Below, piece after piece: positions 16,331-26,029 of a stretch of 39,628 nucleotides of DNA. A program made the position numbers and the translations under genes. Position 1 is the first letter of the stretch. Each line of letters starts with the position of its first letter. Origin of the DNA: a virus (lineage: Duplodnaviria; Caudoviricetes); the IMG/VR virus record IMGVR_UViG_3300035181_000446, positions 1 to 39,628 of that record; one strand, written 5' to 3'. The notes under the pieces are model-generated. The model did not search any database and had not been told where the DNA came from. It saw only the letters and a list, made by a program, of their open reading frames with translations.

Positions 16331-16585
16331 ATGCTAACAGAGCAACAAATGGACGACATCAAAGAGCGCGTTATCAAAGCAGAGTCACGATTAGACCGTC
16401 ACGGAGAAGCGTTAACCCGCTTAGAGCTTGCTGGCAGTCAATCGGAGCACAAAATAGCGGAATTGGCTGACCAAATACGGACGTTTGTCACGCAAGCACG
16501 CACGGCAATGTGGGTGGTCGGTATTATTGTCGTGGCTTCTCAATCTGGTTTTTTGGCGGTAATTAAGGCTATGATAGGGATATGA
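16331..16585 (+). CDS. Coiled-coil protein with C-terminal transmembrane segment (holin or XhlA-like)
   Basis: Heptad-rich N-terminus plus MWVVGIIVVA...FLAVIKAMIGI; sits between endolysin and terminase. Confidence 0.6.
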   Translation: MLTEQQMDDIKERVIKAESRLDRHGEALTRLELAGSQSEHKIAELADQIRTFVTQARTAMWVVGIIVVASQSGFLAVIKAMIGI

Positions 16586-16872
16586 AACAGCAATTACGCC
16601 TCAAACTGCCTGATACGCCACTCTCAAAAGAAGAGATGCGGCTTGCTATGTTTGAGCGCGTGCCTATGCTGATTAATACGCTCGCTGAGATTATACAAAA
16701 CGAGGACAACCCAGCAAGCGTGAGAGTGCAGGCTATAAACTCATGGCTTGATCGGGCAATTGGCAAGCCAAAGCAAGCAGTTGATATGCAGCATTCTGGC
16801 AACGTATCCACGACAGTCCTTACCCCTGAGCGCTTCGAGCAAATCTGCCGAGATTTGGCGGATGACGTTTAG
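16582..16872 (+). CDS. Probable terminase small subunit
   Basis: Directly upstream of and overlapping TerL; VRVQAINSWLDRAIGKPKQ motif seen in small phage packaging proteins. Confidence 0.6.
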   Translation: MKQQLRLKLPDTPLSKEEMRLAMFERVPMLINTLAEIIQNEDNPASVRVQAINSWLDRAIGKPKQAVDMQHSGNVSTTVLTPERFEQICRDLADDV

Positions 16873-18265
16873 TCCTGAGCAGCACGCGGCAATGTCGCTA
16901 CGTGCGCATCATGACTTCTATCATTTCACGCGCTGGATGTTCCTCATGCGTCGCAACTATAAGTGGTCACGCGCCCTGCATCACAAGCAGATAGCGGATG
17001 CCCTGATGAGGGTTTATCGTGGCGAGTGCAAGCGTCTGATTATCAATATTCCACCACGGTACAGCAAAACTGAGATTGCCGTGATCAACTTCATTGCTTG
17101 GACAATGGGCAGGCATCCCGACTCTGAATATATCCACGCGTCCTACTCTGCTATGCTAGCAGGCAATAACAGCTCACAAATCCGCACACTGGTGCAGCAT
17201 GAGGATTACCGGGCGATATTCCCCGGCGTGGAGTTGGCAACCGAAGCGGCGCATCATTGGAAGACCACGGCGGGTGGCGTGATGTATGCCACGGGAACGG
17301 GCGGAACAATTACCGGATTCGGCGCGGGTAAGCAGCGGGATGGGTGGGGCGGGTGCATAGTAATCGACGATGCGCACAAGGCTGATGAAGCAAGGTCTGA
17401 GGTTATGCGCCAGAACGTCATCGACTGGTTTCAGAACACGCTGGAAAGCCGCAAGAACAGCCGGGAAACCCCAATCATCGTTATCATGCAACGTCTGCAC
17501 GAGGGTGACTTGAGTGGGTGGCTGCTGAATGGCGGTAATGGTGAAAAATGGGAGCATTTGTGCCTGCCAGCTATCCAGCCCGACGGCTCTCCGTTATGGC
17601 CTGAAAAGCACAGCCTTGCTGAATTGCGCGTGATGGAGCAGGCAAGCCCATACGTGTTTGCAGGTCAATACATGCAGCGACCAGCCCCGTTAGATGGCGG
17701 CATATTCAAGCCGGGTCAAATCCAGATTATTGACGCACTACCCGCCGAGCGGGTTACATGGGTGCGAGGCTGGGATTTTGCCGCGACATTGGACGGTGAC
17801 TATACGGCGGGTGGGTTGCTGGGGCGATTGCCCGATGGTCGGTTTGTCATTGGTGATATGGTGCGACTAAGAGCGCTTGCAGATGAGCGTGATAATGCGC
17901 TAGTCAACACGTCTGCACTCGACGGCAAGTCGGTAAAGATCAGCCTCCCCCAAGACCCCGGACAGGCTGGGAAAACACAAATCTTGTACCTGTCGCGCAA
18001 GCTGTCAGGCTACCGCATCCACACCAGCCCAGAAACGGGCGATAAAATCACCCGTGCTGAGCCATTCGCGGCTCAAATCAATGTGGGCAATGTACTGATG
18101 TTGCGCGGCGGCTGGAATTCGGCTCTAATTGACGAAATGCGAATGTTTCCCAATGGCAGCAATGACGACCAAGTTGACGCGCTGTCACGGGCATTTTCCG
18201 AACTGATCACCCCAATTCGCCTGTCGGTCAGTCAGGCAGCAATAACCAAGGCTGCGGCGAGATGA
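16862..18265 (+). CDS. terL: Terminase large subunit
   Basis: RLIINIPPRYSKT Walker A variant, IVIDDAHK Walker B, IVIMQRLH..DL, WDFA and NDDQVDALS nuclease motifs. Confidence 0.95.
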   Translation: MTFSPEQHAAMSLRAHHDFYHFTRWMFLMRRNYKWSRALHHKQIADALMRVYRGECKRLIINIPPRYSKTEIAVINFIAWTMGRHPDSEYIHASYSAMLAGNNSSQIRTLVQHEDYRAIFPGVELATEAAHHWKTTAGGVMYATGTGGTITGFGAGKQRDGWGGCIVIDDAHKADEARSEVMRQNVIDWFQNTLESRKNSRETPIIVIMQRLHEGDLSGWLLNGGNGEKWEHLCLPAIQPDGSPLWPEKHSLAELRVMEQASPYVFAGQYMQRPAPLDGGIFKPGQIQIIDALPAERVTWVRGWDFAATLDGDYTAGGLLGRLPDGRFVIGDMVRLRALADERDNALVNTSALDGKSVKISLPQDPGQAGKTQILYLSRKLSGYRIHTSPETGDKITRAEPFAAQINVGNVLMLRGGWNSALIDEMRMFPNGSNDDQVDALSRAFSELITPIRLSVSQAAITKAAAR

Positions 18266-18425
18266 TGAAAGTCAAGAATTAAATCCGCGTAGTTCAAATT
18301 TAGTTATCGAGTACCGGGAAGGCAAAGCCCTACATGGATAAGCTGCTAGATGCTTTTTAACGAATCAGTGCGCGACTACCTGTAATGCCCTATAATCATG
18401 GCTTTACCCCACATCGGACAAAGCC

Positions 18426-19793
18426 ATGAGCTTGAAAAAAGCGGCAGCGAAAGCGCAGATGATAGACAGTCCCCAAAAGCACTACGATTACCCGATTACG
18501 CCCCCACGGCTGTTGCGCGGCGTTGCCCCATCATCCGCCCCCGTGATGGCGATGGATTCGCCAGCGTATACCGAGTTCCAATATTCTGGCGGAGGCTTCC
18601 CCGGCTTCCCTTATTTGGCGCAACTGGCTACCCGCTCCGAGTTCCGGGCGTTCGCAGCAGCACTGTCAACGGAATTGACGCGGGAATGGATAGAGCTGAC
18701 ATCAAGTCAAGAGGATGACAGCGCAGGCGAAAAACTCAAGGCGATTGAGGCTGAATTCAAACGGCTGAACTTGCGCGGCGTTATTCAAAAAGCGGCTGAA
18801 CATGATTGCCTGTTCGGGCGCGGTCAAATCTATCTGGACATCGTGGGTGCTGACCCGAAAACACCGCTTATCCTGTCAAACAAAACCATACCCGAAAAGT
18901 CGCTGACTGCCATCAAAACGATTGAGGCGATTTGGACAACCCCGGCGGCATACAATAGCAATGACCCTACCGCACCCGACTTCTACGCCCCAACAGGCTG
19001 GTACGTGTTGGGCAAAGAGGTACATGCGTCCCGACTGATGACTATCGTCACGCGCCCCCTTCCAGACATCTTAAAGCCTGCGTTCAATTTCGCCGGAATG
19101 TCTCTGAGCCAACTCGCCGAGCCATACGTTGACAACTGGCTGCGCACGCGGCAAAGCGTTTCAGACCTGATAAGCAACTTTTCCATTACGGCACTTGCTA
19201 CGTCAATGGATCAAGTTTTGCAGGGTGATGACGACGGCAGTGACCTGATTAACCGAGCCACCTTGTTCACGACTCTGCGCAGCAACAAGGGGTTGATGCT
19301 GCTGGACAAAGAGCGTGAGGAGCTTGTGCAGATCAACACCCCATTGTCTGGATTGCATGAACTGCAATCTCAAGCACAAGAGCAGATGTGCAGCGTGTCG
19401 CGTCTGCCAGCCATCATCCTGACGGGTATCAGCCCCAGTGGGTTGAATGCCAGCAGCGAGGGCGAGGTACGGGCGTTTTACGATTGGATAGCTGCACAAC
19501 AAGAAAGCCACTGGCGGAAACCGATTGAAACCGTATTGTCGCTGGTGCAACTGTCCCTGTTTGGCGAGATTGACCCAGATATTGGCTTTAATTTCATGCC
19601 ACTTTACCAAATGAGCGCAATCGAGCTGGCGGGGATTCGTGCACAGGATGCCAACACCGCAGCCACTTACATAGACCGAGGCGTGCTTGACCCACAAGAA
19701 GAGCGTGAGCGTTTGGCACACAGCAAGGATAGTGGGTATCACGGGCTAGATGTTGATGCGATGCCGGAGATAGCAGATGCCGAAGAAGCCTAA
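18426..19793 (+). CDS. Portal protein (DUF1073-like)
   Basis: Follows TerL; 455 aa; L.G.SPSGLNASSEGE...FYD motif. Confidence 0.88.
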   Translation: MSLKKAAAKAQMIDSPQKHYDYPITPPRLLRGVAPSSAPVMAMDSPAYTEFQYSGGGFPGFPYLAQLATRSEFRAFAAALSTELTREWIELTSSQEDDSAGEKLKAIEAEFKRLNLRGVIQKAAEHDCLFGRGQIYLDIVGADPKTPLILSNKTIPEKSLTAIKTIEAIWTTPAAYNSNDPTAPDFYAPTGWYVLGKEVHASRLMTIVTRPLPDILKPAFNFAGMSLSQLAEPYVDNWLRTRQSVSDLISNFSITALATSMDQVLQGDDDGSDLINRATLFTTLRSNKGLMLLDKEREELVQINTPLSGLHELQSQAQEQMCSVSRLPAIILTGISPSGLNASSEGEVRAFYDWIAAQQESHWRKPIETVLSLVQLSLFGEIDPDIGFNFMPLYQMSAIELAGIRAQDANTAATYIDRGVLDPQEERERLAHSKDSGYHGLDVDAMPEIADAEEA

Positions 19794-20553
19794 AACTGCC
19801 CGTGCTGTCTCTGCCAACCGTGGGCTAGAAGCCAAGTACCGCAAGGCTCTATTGAAGTTGGTCGATGAAATGCAGTCATCCCTTGAGTATTGGTTGACGG
19901 CTGCCTACCGAGAAGCACCACCTCGCATGGCGCAAGATGCCAGCCCCGTGAACTACGTAAATAACCTGATGCGCGGCTTAGCGTTGCGCTGGCAAAGACG
20001 TTTCGATGTTTACGCGGACAAATTGGCGGATTATTACGTCAACGGCATGTTCCGCAGTTCCGACCGTGCGTTACGGCAATCACTAAAGGATGCAGGTTGG
20101 TCTGTCGATTTTGAGATGACGCAAGAAATGCGTGACGCTCTAAACGCCACGATTGCAGAAAACGTCGGGCTGATACGCTCCATCCCGCAACAGTATCTAC
20201 AGCAAGTCGAGGGCGTGGTGATGCGCTCGTACACGCAGGGGCGTGATTTGGAAACGATGGTTAAAGACCTGAAGGCGCTGTATCCGAATGCAAGCCATCG
20301 GGCGGAACTTATCGCCCGTGACCAGTCCAACAAAGCCAACGCTACCGTGCAGCGCACTCGGCAAATGGAACTTGGCATAACTGAGGCAATTTGGATGCAC
20401 TCTCACGCGGGAAAAAAGCCACGACCCGACCACGTAGCCGCAAATGGTAAAAAGTACCGCATTGCCGAAGGGTGTTTGATTTCAGGGGAATATATTCAGC
20501 CGGGCTACGAAATAAATTGCAGGTGTACAAGCCGTCCGGTATTGCCGTTTTAA
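19777..20553 (+). CDS. Head morphogenesis protein (Mu F / SPP1 gp7-like)
   Basis: RAELIARDQ..K, RPDH and PGYEINCRC motifs. Confidence 0.9.
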   Translation: MPKKPKTARAVSANRGLEAKYRKALLKLVDEMQSSLEYWLTAAYREAPPRMAQDASPVNYVNNLMRGLALRWQRRFDVYADKLADYYVNGMFRSSDRALRQSLKDAGWSVDFEMTQEMRDALNATIAENVGLIRSIPQQYLQQVEGVVMRSYTQGRDLETMVKDLKALYPNASHRAELIARDQSNKANATVQRTRQMELGITEAIWMHSHAGKKPRPDHVAANGKKYRIAEGCLISGEYIQPGYEINCRCTSRPVLPF

Positions 20554-20652
20554 CGGGCATTAAAAAACCCGCCGATAGACTCGAAGCGGGTTGAGTTGCT
20601 TCCTCAATGGGGGTAATATTGAGGTTCTGTTAAACAACCCGGCAACAATACC

Positions 20653-21321
20653 ATGACTACGCAATCTATTCAACTTGTCCAGACTCACGGGCAGCAAGCA
20701 TTTACTACTTCCTTGATCGTTGCGGAAGAGTATGGGAAGCGCCACGCCGACATTACCCGCGCAATCCGTCAAATGTTAGAATCCGTAGATTCCGAGATTT
20801 CCAAATTCTCGCAACGCAATTTTACACCGCGAGATTATATTGATGCACGGGGAAAGGCGCAGCCTATGTACCAAATCACCGAGGACGGGTTTTTTGAACT
20901 AGCAATGTCTTTTACTGGCGATAAGGCACGTAAGACCCGTATTCGCTTCATCGGCGCATTCCGCAAAGCCCTTGACTACATTGCTGAAAACTTCAAAGAC
21001 CCACCGAGAACCGGGCTAATTCATGAGAAGCGTGCCTCAATGTGGGATATGACCGATGCTTTAAAAGAGATTCGCGCAGAAGCTGGTAAGGATACCAAGT
21101 CATTCCACTACGCCACCGAGAACAAGCTGCTGAATTGGTGTGTGCGAGGTGAATTTAAGCCGTTGGATGAATCCAGCCTGAGCAATGAAGAGGTGGAACT
21201 GTTGCGCAAAGTGAGGATGAAGGATGCCGCATACATCCGCGCAGACATGGAATACGAAGAGCGCAAGGCAAAACTGAAAGCCTATGCTGATAGATTAAGG
21301 GTCATAAAGCTGATAGCCTGA
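20653..21321 (+). CDS. Rha-family phage regulatory protein (second copy, moron-like)
   Basis: TTSL.VAE.YGKRH..I.RAI, Y.DARGK..PMY..T.DGF..LAM.FTG.KA motifs. Confidence 0.9.
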   Translation: MTTQSIQLVQTHGQQAFTTSLIVAEEYGKRHADITRAIRQMLESVDSEISKFSQRNFTPRDYIDARGKAQPMYQITEDGFFELAMSFTGDKARKTRIRFIGAFRKALDYIAENFKDPPRTGLIHEKRASMWDMTDALKEIRAEAGKDTKSFHYATENKLLNWCVRGEFKPLDESSLSNEEVELLRKVRMKDAAYIRADMEYEERKAKLKAYADRLRVIKLIA

Positions 21322-21325
21322 AACC

Positions 21326-21350
21326 AAAGCCCTCCAACCTAGGGCTTTTT
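21326..21350 (+). terminator. Rho-independent terminator after the second Rha gene
   Basis: AAAGCCCT-ccaacct-AGGGCTTT plus T-run. Confidence 0.7.
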
Positions 21351-21396
21351 CAATTCTGTGATTGCCAACCCAATAAAAAACAACGATAATGACGAA

Positions 21397-22536
21397 ATGA
21401 AAACCATTCTTGCATTCGATCGCTCCTCCCGCACCGTTGATGCCGACGGTCGTTTGCATGTGGACAAGTCTCACATCAGCAAAGCCGCCATCAACCCTTA
21501 CTACGGGCGCGAAATCCCGAAATGGGACGAACTTGGTTTGCAGCCAAAGACCATTTATAAGCTCTATCGTGACCCGGCAGAGCTGGCAAAAGCCGCCCCA
21601 ACCTTTGCCCGTTTGCCAATCCTCAAAGAACACATCCCCGTCACTGTTGATTCACCCCGTCCTGATTTGGTTATCGGCGCTATCGGCTCTAACGTCGAGT
21701 TTAACGCGCCCTATCTGGATGCCGATCTGGTGTTCTGGGATGCCACAGCCATCGCCGGAATTGAGACAGATACCGTGCGAGAGTTATCATGCTCCTATCG
21801 GTACATTGCCGACATGACACCGGGCAATGTGAACGGCGAATCCTACGATGGACGTATGACCGAAATCATGGGCAATCACTTAGCACTGGTTGAAGTCGGT
21901 CGTGCTGGTGCTGATGTGTATGTGTCCGACTCCAACCCATTTACGGAAACCACTGAAATGAAACGAAAATCTACTATCAAGGCGGCGGTGCTGGCAAAAG
22001 ATGCTACGCTGTCAGCAGAGCAACTCGACAACGTGATTGATGCCCTGATTGGCGTCGAAGATGATCCAGAGGCGGCAACGCCCCCGCCCGCTGCTGTGGA
22101 TGAATCCCCTGCGGAAAAGGTCAAAAGCATGTTGGCTGGTAAAGTGGACGAAGCCACCATTTCCGCCATCTGCGACCTGATTGCACCGCCAGCCGCAGCC
22201 GACGAAGACCCTAAAGATGACGAAGACAAGGTGAGCAAGGAAGACGTTAAAGCGGCGATGGATGCGATGCGCCAAGAATTCCGTGATGCGACCGAAGCAC
22301 GCGCTGCCGTCCGCCCTGTCGTGGGTGATGTGATTGCGATGGATTCATCGGCTGACATCTACGGTTTCGCGCTCGACCACTTGAAAGTCGATCACAAAGG
22401 CGTTACCGGGCTGCCAGCACTCAAAGCACTGCTGAAAGTTGCAACCGCCAAAGCACAAGCCGCTCCCATCGTTGCCGCTGATTCAGCGGGTGCGGTTTCC
22501 AAATTCCCCGGCATTGCCCGGTTTAAGACAGTTTAA
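21397..22536 (+). CDS. Prohead protease/scaffold (DUF2213-like)
   Basis: R..DADGRLHV, RELSCSY and GNHLALVEVGRAG motifs; acidic scaffold-like C-terminal half. Confidence 0.88.
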   Translation: MKTILAFDRSSRTVDADGRLHVDKSHISKAAINPYYGREIPKWDELGLQPKTIYKLYRDPAELAKAAPTFARLPILKEHIPVTVDSPRPDLVIGAIGSNVEFNAPYLDADLVFWDATAIAGIETDTVRELSCSYRYIADMTPGNVNGESYDGRMTEIMGNHLALVEVGRAGADVYVSDSNPFTETTEMKRKSTIKAAVLAKDATLSAEQLDNVIDALIGVEDDPEAATPPPAAVDESPAEKVKSMLAGKVDEATISAICDLIAPPAAADEDPKDDEDKVSKEDVKAAMDAMRQEFRDATEARAAVRPVVGDVIAMDSSADIYGFALDHLKVDHKGVTGLPALKALLKVATAKAQAAPIVAADSAGAVSKFPGIARFKTV

Positions 22537-22548
22537 GGAGGGCAGGTT

Positions 22549-23022
22549 ATGCCATTTCAAAAGAGCACGAATACGTACCCAGCCCCGGCGAATGCGGGTG
22601 ATTTTGCCAGTAGCAACCCGCGTGCAAGCGTCGTAAGCCCTGAGGGTGGTTTTGTTGCTGCAACGGGCGGCGTGACGGTCGGTCGATTTGCGTGGGCAAC
22701 AGGCACAACCGTTGCAAACACAGGCACTGGCGCACCTACGGGGTTCATTCACCGTGAGCAGCAAGCCAGCATCACCACGTATCTGGCAGAGTCGGGCAAT
22801 GCCGTGCTGCAAGGTCAGCCCGTCACCCTGATGCGCGACGGCGATTACTGGTTTACTGCCAACACTAACGCGGCTGTGGTCGGGCAAAAGGTATTCGTCA
22901 AGCTAGCGGACGGTACGACCCAAACAGGCGCGGCTGGCGCTACTATTTCCGGTTTCGTCGAAACCGCCTTTGTCGTATCGCAAGCGTGCCTGACGGGTGA
23001 ACTTGCTGTAATGAGCCTGTAA
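22549..23022 (+). CDS. Capsid decoration/cement protein
   Basis: Between protease and capsid genes; AGDFAS.NPR motif; Gly/Ala/Thr-rich. Confidence 0.75.
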   Translation: MPFQKSTNTYPAPANAGDFASSNPRASVVSPEGGFVAATGGVTVGRFAWATGTTVANTGTGAPTGFIHREQQASITTYLAESGNAVLQGQPVTLMRDGDYWFTANTNAAVVGQKVFVKLADGTTQTGAAGATISGFVETAFVVSQACLTGELAVMSL

Positions 23023-23032
23023 GGAGTAACTC

Positions 23033-24073
23033 ATGAATCCAACATTACAAGCCATCGCCGAAGCGGTAGGCATTCACTTCATGGGCGTTCGCGCTCAATT
23101 GCAGCCGGATAACGTCCGCTTGCGGATGGCACATGATGGCGGGTTTGCGTGTGATGCGCAGCCGACCATGATTACGTCAAGCAACAGCGGCATTCCGGCG
23201 TTCCTGTCTACCTTCGTTGACCCGAAGCTGATCGAAGTTCTGGTAAGCCCCATGAAAGCGGTCGAGATCGTCGGGCAGGAAGTTAAAAAGGGCGATTGGA
23301 CAACCGAAACCGTCATGTTCAGCATGATCGAATCGACTGGGCAAACCACGGCTTACGGCGACTACAATGAAACCGGAAGCACTGGCGTTAATGCCAACTT
23401 CCCGCAGCGTCAAAGTTTCCACTACCAGACTGTGACCCAATGGGGTGAGCGTGAGCTTGAGCGTGCTGGCTTGGCTAAGATCGACTTAGCCAACCGCCTG
23501 AACATCGCCAGCGCACTGACTCTGAACAAGTTCCAGAATAAGGCGTACTTCAACGGCGTGGCTGGCTTGCAGAACTACGGATTGCTGAATGACCCGCAAC
23601 TGAACGCGGCAATTGTGCCAACCACCAAAGCAGCCACGGGTACAAGCTGGACGGTTGCCACGGCACTGGAAATCCTCGCGGACATCCAGAAACTGTTTAA
23701 GCAGTTGCAAACCCAAAGCGGCGGCTTGATCGAGTTAGACACCAAGATGACGCTGGCTATGTCGCCATCATCCGAAGTGTACCTGACTAATACGACCACC
23801 TATAACGTGTCTGTGGCGGATATTCTCAAGAAGAATTTCCCCGGCATGACTGTCAAAACCGCACCCGACTACAGCACGGGCAGTGGTGAGTTGTTGCAGT
23901 TGATCGTGGACGAATACGAAGGTCAACGCACTGCTGAATGTGCGTTCACTGAAAAGATGCGTGCGCATCCTGTCGTGATTGGCTCTTCCAGCTTCCGCCA
24001 GAAAAAATCTCAGGGTGTTTGGGGAACGATCATCTACCGTCCTATGTTTATTGCTCAAATGCTGGGGGTGTAA
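23033..24073 (+). CDS. Major capsid protein (DUF2184-like)
   Basis: 346 aa, AAGGAG RBS; KKGDW, YGDY and YGLLNDP motifs; gene order. Confidence 0.88.
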   Translation: MNPTLQAIAEAVGIHFMGVRAQLQPDNVRLRMAHDGGFACDAQPTMITSSNSGIPAFLSTFVDPKLIEVLVSPMKAVEIVGQEVKKGDWTTETVMFSMIESTGQTTAYGDYNETGSTGVNANFPQRQSFHYQTVTQWGERELERAGLAKIDLANRLNIASALTLNKFQNKAYFNGVAGLQNYGLLNDPQLNAAIVPTTKAATGTSWTVATALEILADIQKLFKQLQTQSGGLIELDTKMTLAMSPSSEVYLTNTTTYNVSVADILKKNFPGMTVKTAPDYSTGSGELLQLIVDEYEGQRTAECAFTEKMRAHPVVIGSSSFRQKKSQGVWGTIIYRPMFIAQMLGV

Positions 24074-24074
24074 A

Positions 24075-24377
24075 GTGGCTGCTATCCATTGCAAACTGCC
24101 AAACGGCATCCGGTTGGAGCTTGGCGAAAAGTCCGTAACCCTGAATGGCGTTAACCGTGCATCAATCATCGGGGCGGACTACGGCACAACGGAAGTGGAC
24201 GATGGTTTTTATGCCGAGTGGGTGAAGGCTAATAAAGACTTCGCACCGCTCAAGTCTGGCGCTATTTTTGCCGCCAAAGCAGCGGACGCAAAAGCCAAGT
24301 CGGATGATCAGCCCAAAACAGGGCTAGAGCCAATTGACCCGGCAGCGTCTAGCGTCACCCCCGCAACGGCTGACTAA
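24075..24377 (+). CDS. Virion-associated hypothetical protein
   Basis: GTG start after the capsid stop; CKLPNG...G.T.VD..F...W pattern and position. Confidence 0.7.
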   Translation: MAAIHCKLPNGIRLELGEKSVTLNGVNRASIIGADYGTTEVDDGFYAEWVKANKDFAPLKSGAIFAAKAADAKAKSDDQPKTGLEPIDPAASSVTPATAD

Positions 24378-24766
24378 TGGCTATCGTCGCGTTTGACCCG
24401 GCTGCATTCAAAATCCGTTACCCAGCATTTGCTGGCGTGGCGGATGCAATGCTGACGGCGTGTTTTAAGGACGCGGGGTTTTACCTGTCAAACAGTGACG
24501 GCAGCCCTGTGTCGGATGTTGATCGGCGTGAGCGGTTGTTGTGGATGGTAACGGCTCACCTCGCTTTCTTAGGCGGTGCATTGTCGGAGGATGGGTTGCC
24601 CCGTCCTGTCGGCATCATGACATCAGCCACAGAGGGCAGTGTGTCAATTGGCATGACAGCACCTACCGCCACACCCGGCAGCGGTGAGTGGTTTAAGCAG
24701 ACCCAGTGGGGCGCACAATTTTGGCAGGCGACTACGGCATTGCGGGGTTTCCGATGGGTGCGTTAA
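24377..24766 (+). CDS. Head-tail adaptor (DUF4054-like)
   Basis: F..RYPAF, SATEGSVS and WF.QT.WG..FW motifs. Confidence 0.85.
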   Translation: MAIVAFDPAAFKIRYPAFAGVADAMLTACFKDAGFYLSNSDGSPVSDVDRRERLLWMVTAHLAFLGGALSEDGLPRPVGIMTSATEGSVSIGMTAPTATPGSGEWFKQTQWGAQFWQATTALRGFRWVR

Positions 24767-25188
24767 GCGGTGGCGATAGGGTCATGAGACGCTTGGCGGA
24801 AATCGCCGAACAGATGGGCGGTGGGCGTGTTTCCGTCGGGTTTATGTCGGGTGCGACGTATCCAGATGGTACGCCCGTTGCTGCTGTGGCTGCATCCAAT
24901 GAGTACGGCATTCCCACCAAGCATCAGCCTCCCCGCCCGTTTTTCCGCAACATGATTGCTAAAGAGTCGCCGACGTGGGGTGACAAGCTGGCAAGCCTTG
25001 CTCCTATGGGTGGGCATACAGCCTTATCGCTCATGGGTGAGGACATAGCTGGGGCGTTGAAACAGTCTATCAATGACCTGACCGACCCGCCACTTGCCGC
25101 CCGAACGATTGCCGAGAAGGGTTTTGCAAAGCCGTTGATCGACACGTCACACATGATTAACTCTGTAACCTATGTTGTGGAGGATTAA
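24754..25188 (+). CDS. Neck / virion morphogenesis protein
   Basis: NEYG...PPRPFFR and KPLIDT..M.NSVTY motifs. Confidence 0.8.
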   Translation: MGALSGGDRVMRRLAEIAEQMGGGRVSVGFMSGATYPDGTPVAAVAASNEYGIPTKHQPPRPFFRNMIAKESPTWGDKLASLAPMGGHTALSLMGEDIAGALKQSINDLTDPPLAARTIAEKGFAKPLIDTSHMINSVTYVVED

Positions 25189-25550
25189 TGGACTTACGCG
25201 GCATAGCAAACGGCGCAATACAGCCAATCAATGGCAATATCCTTGTGACGTGGACGCGCCCCGATGGCACGTTTTTGACGGATGCGGCGGGACATCGGAC
25301 TGCCAATGTAACCACATCAACGGTAGCGGCGCAGGTGCAAGCCCTTTCGGCAAACGATCTGCAACATATTGATGGACTCAATATTCAAGGTGTCAAGCGT
25401 GCGGTGTACCTGTACGGTGATGTTCAGGGGATTGTCCGCTCTGACCAAAAGGGCGGCGACATCCTGACTTTTGATGGGCATGACTGGCGCGTGGTGCAGG
25501 TGTTGGAAACGTGGTCTAGCTGGTGCAAAGTAGTCGTGGTGATGCAATGA
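25188..25550 (+). CDS. Head closure / neck protein
   Basis: Gene order and translational coupling; AQVQAL and GGD.L.F...W.V..V.E.W motifs. Confidence 0.7.
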   Translation: MDLRGIANGAIQPINGNILVTWTRPDGTFLTDAAGHRTANVTTSTVAAQVQALSANDLQHIDGLNIQGVKRAVYLYGDVQGIVRSDQKGGDILTFDGHDWRVVQVLETWSSWCKVVVVMQ

Positions 25551-26029
25551 CACAAAACGATGTTCTAACGGCGTTACGCGCCTTCCTGCTGCTGATCGTC
25601 CCGGCTGGAACGCAGGTCATCGCTGCTCAAGACAACGGCGTGCCGATGCCGATTGACCCGTTTATCTCGATGAACCTAATCAGTGTCGAGCGGCTATCCA
25701 CCAACCACACCGATTACCCCGGCACGGATGAGGCAACGGAAACCGCACCCAGTAAAATCACCGTGCAACTCGATTGTTATGGGGCTGATTCTGGCGACAC
25801 CGCAGCCCGTATTATGACGATGTTTAGAACATGTTACGCTGCTGATGATTTCGGCGACCCGTGCCAGCCGCTCTATGCTGATGACCCCGTGCAAATCCCG
25901 CTTATCAACGGTGAGGAAACGTATGAGCAGCGCTGGAAACTGTCTGCTGTGATGCAGTACAACCCAACATACACACACCCGCAACAGTACGCTGATGCGC
26001 TCACTATCAATTTGGAGAGCCTTAAATGA
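25547..26029 (+). CDS. Tail completion/terminator protein
   Basis: Immediately upstream of the sheath; VQLDCYG and YEQRW...QYNP motifs. Confidence 0.7.
   Translation: MTQNDVLTALRAFLLLIVPAGTQVIAAQDNGVPMPIDPFISMNLISVERLSTNHTDYPGTDEATETAPSKITVQLDCYGADSGDTAARIMTMFRTCYAADDFGDPCQPLYADDPVQIPLINGEETYEQRWKLSAVMQYNPTYTHPQQYADALTINLESLK

Noticed and set aside
18426-19793. Anti-CBASS (Acb1-like) label sometimes attached to DUF1073 proteins
   Set aside because: Position and size fit an ordinary portal; I saw no additional phosphoesterase domain with paired HxT motifs.
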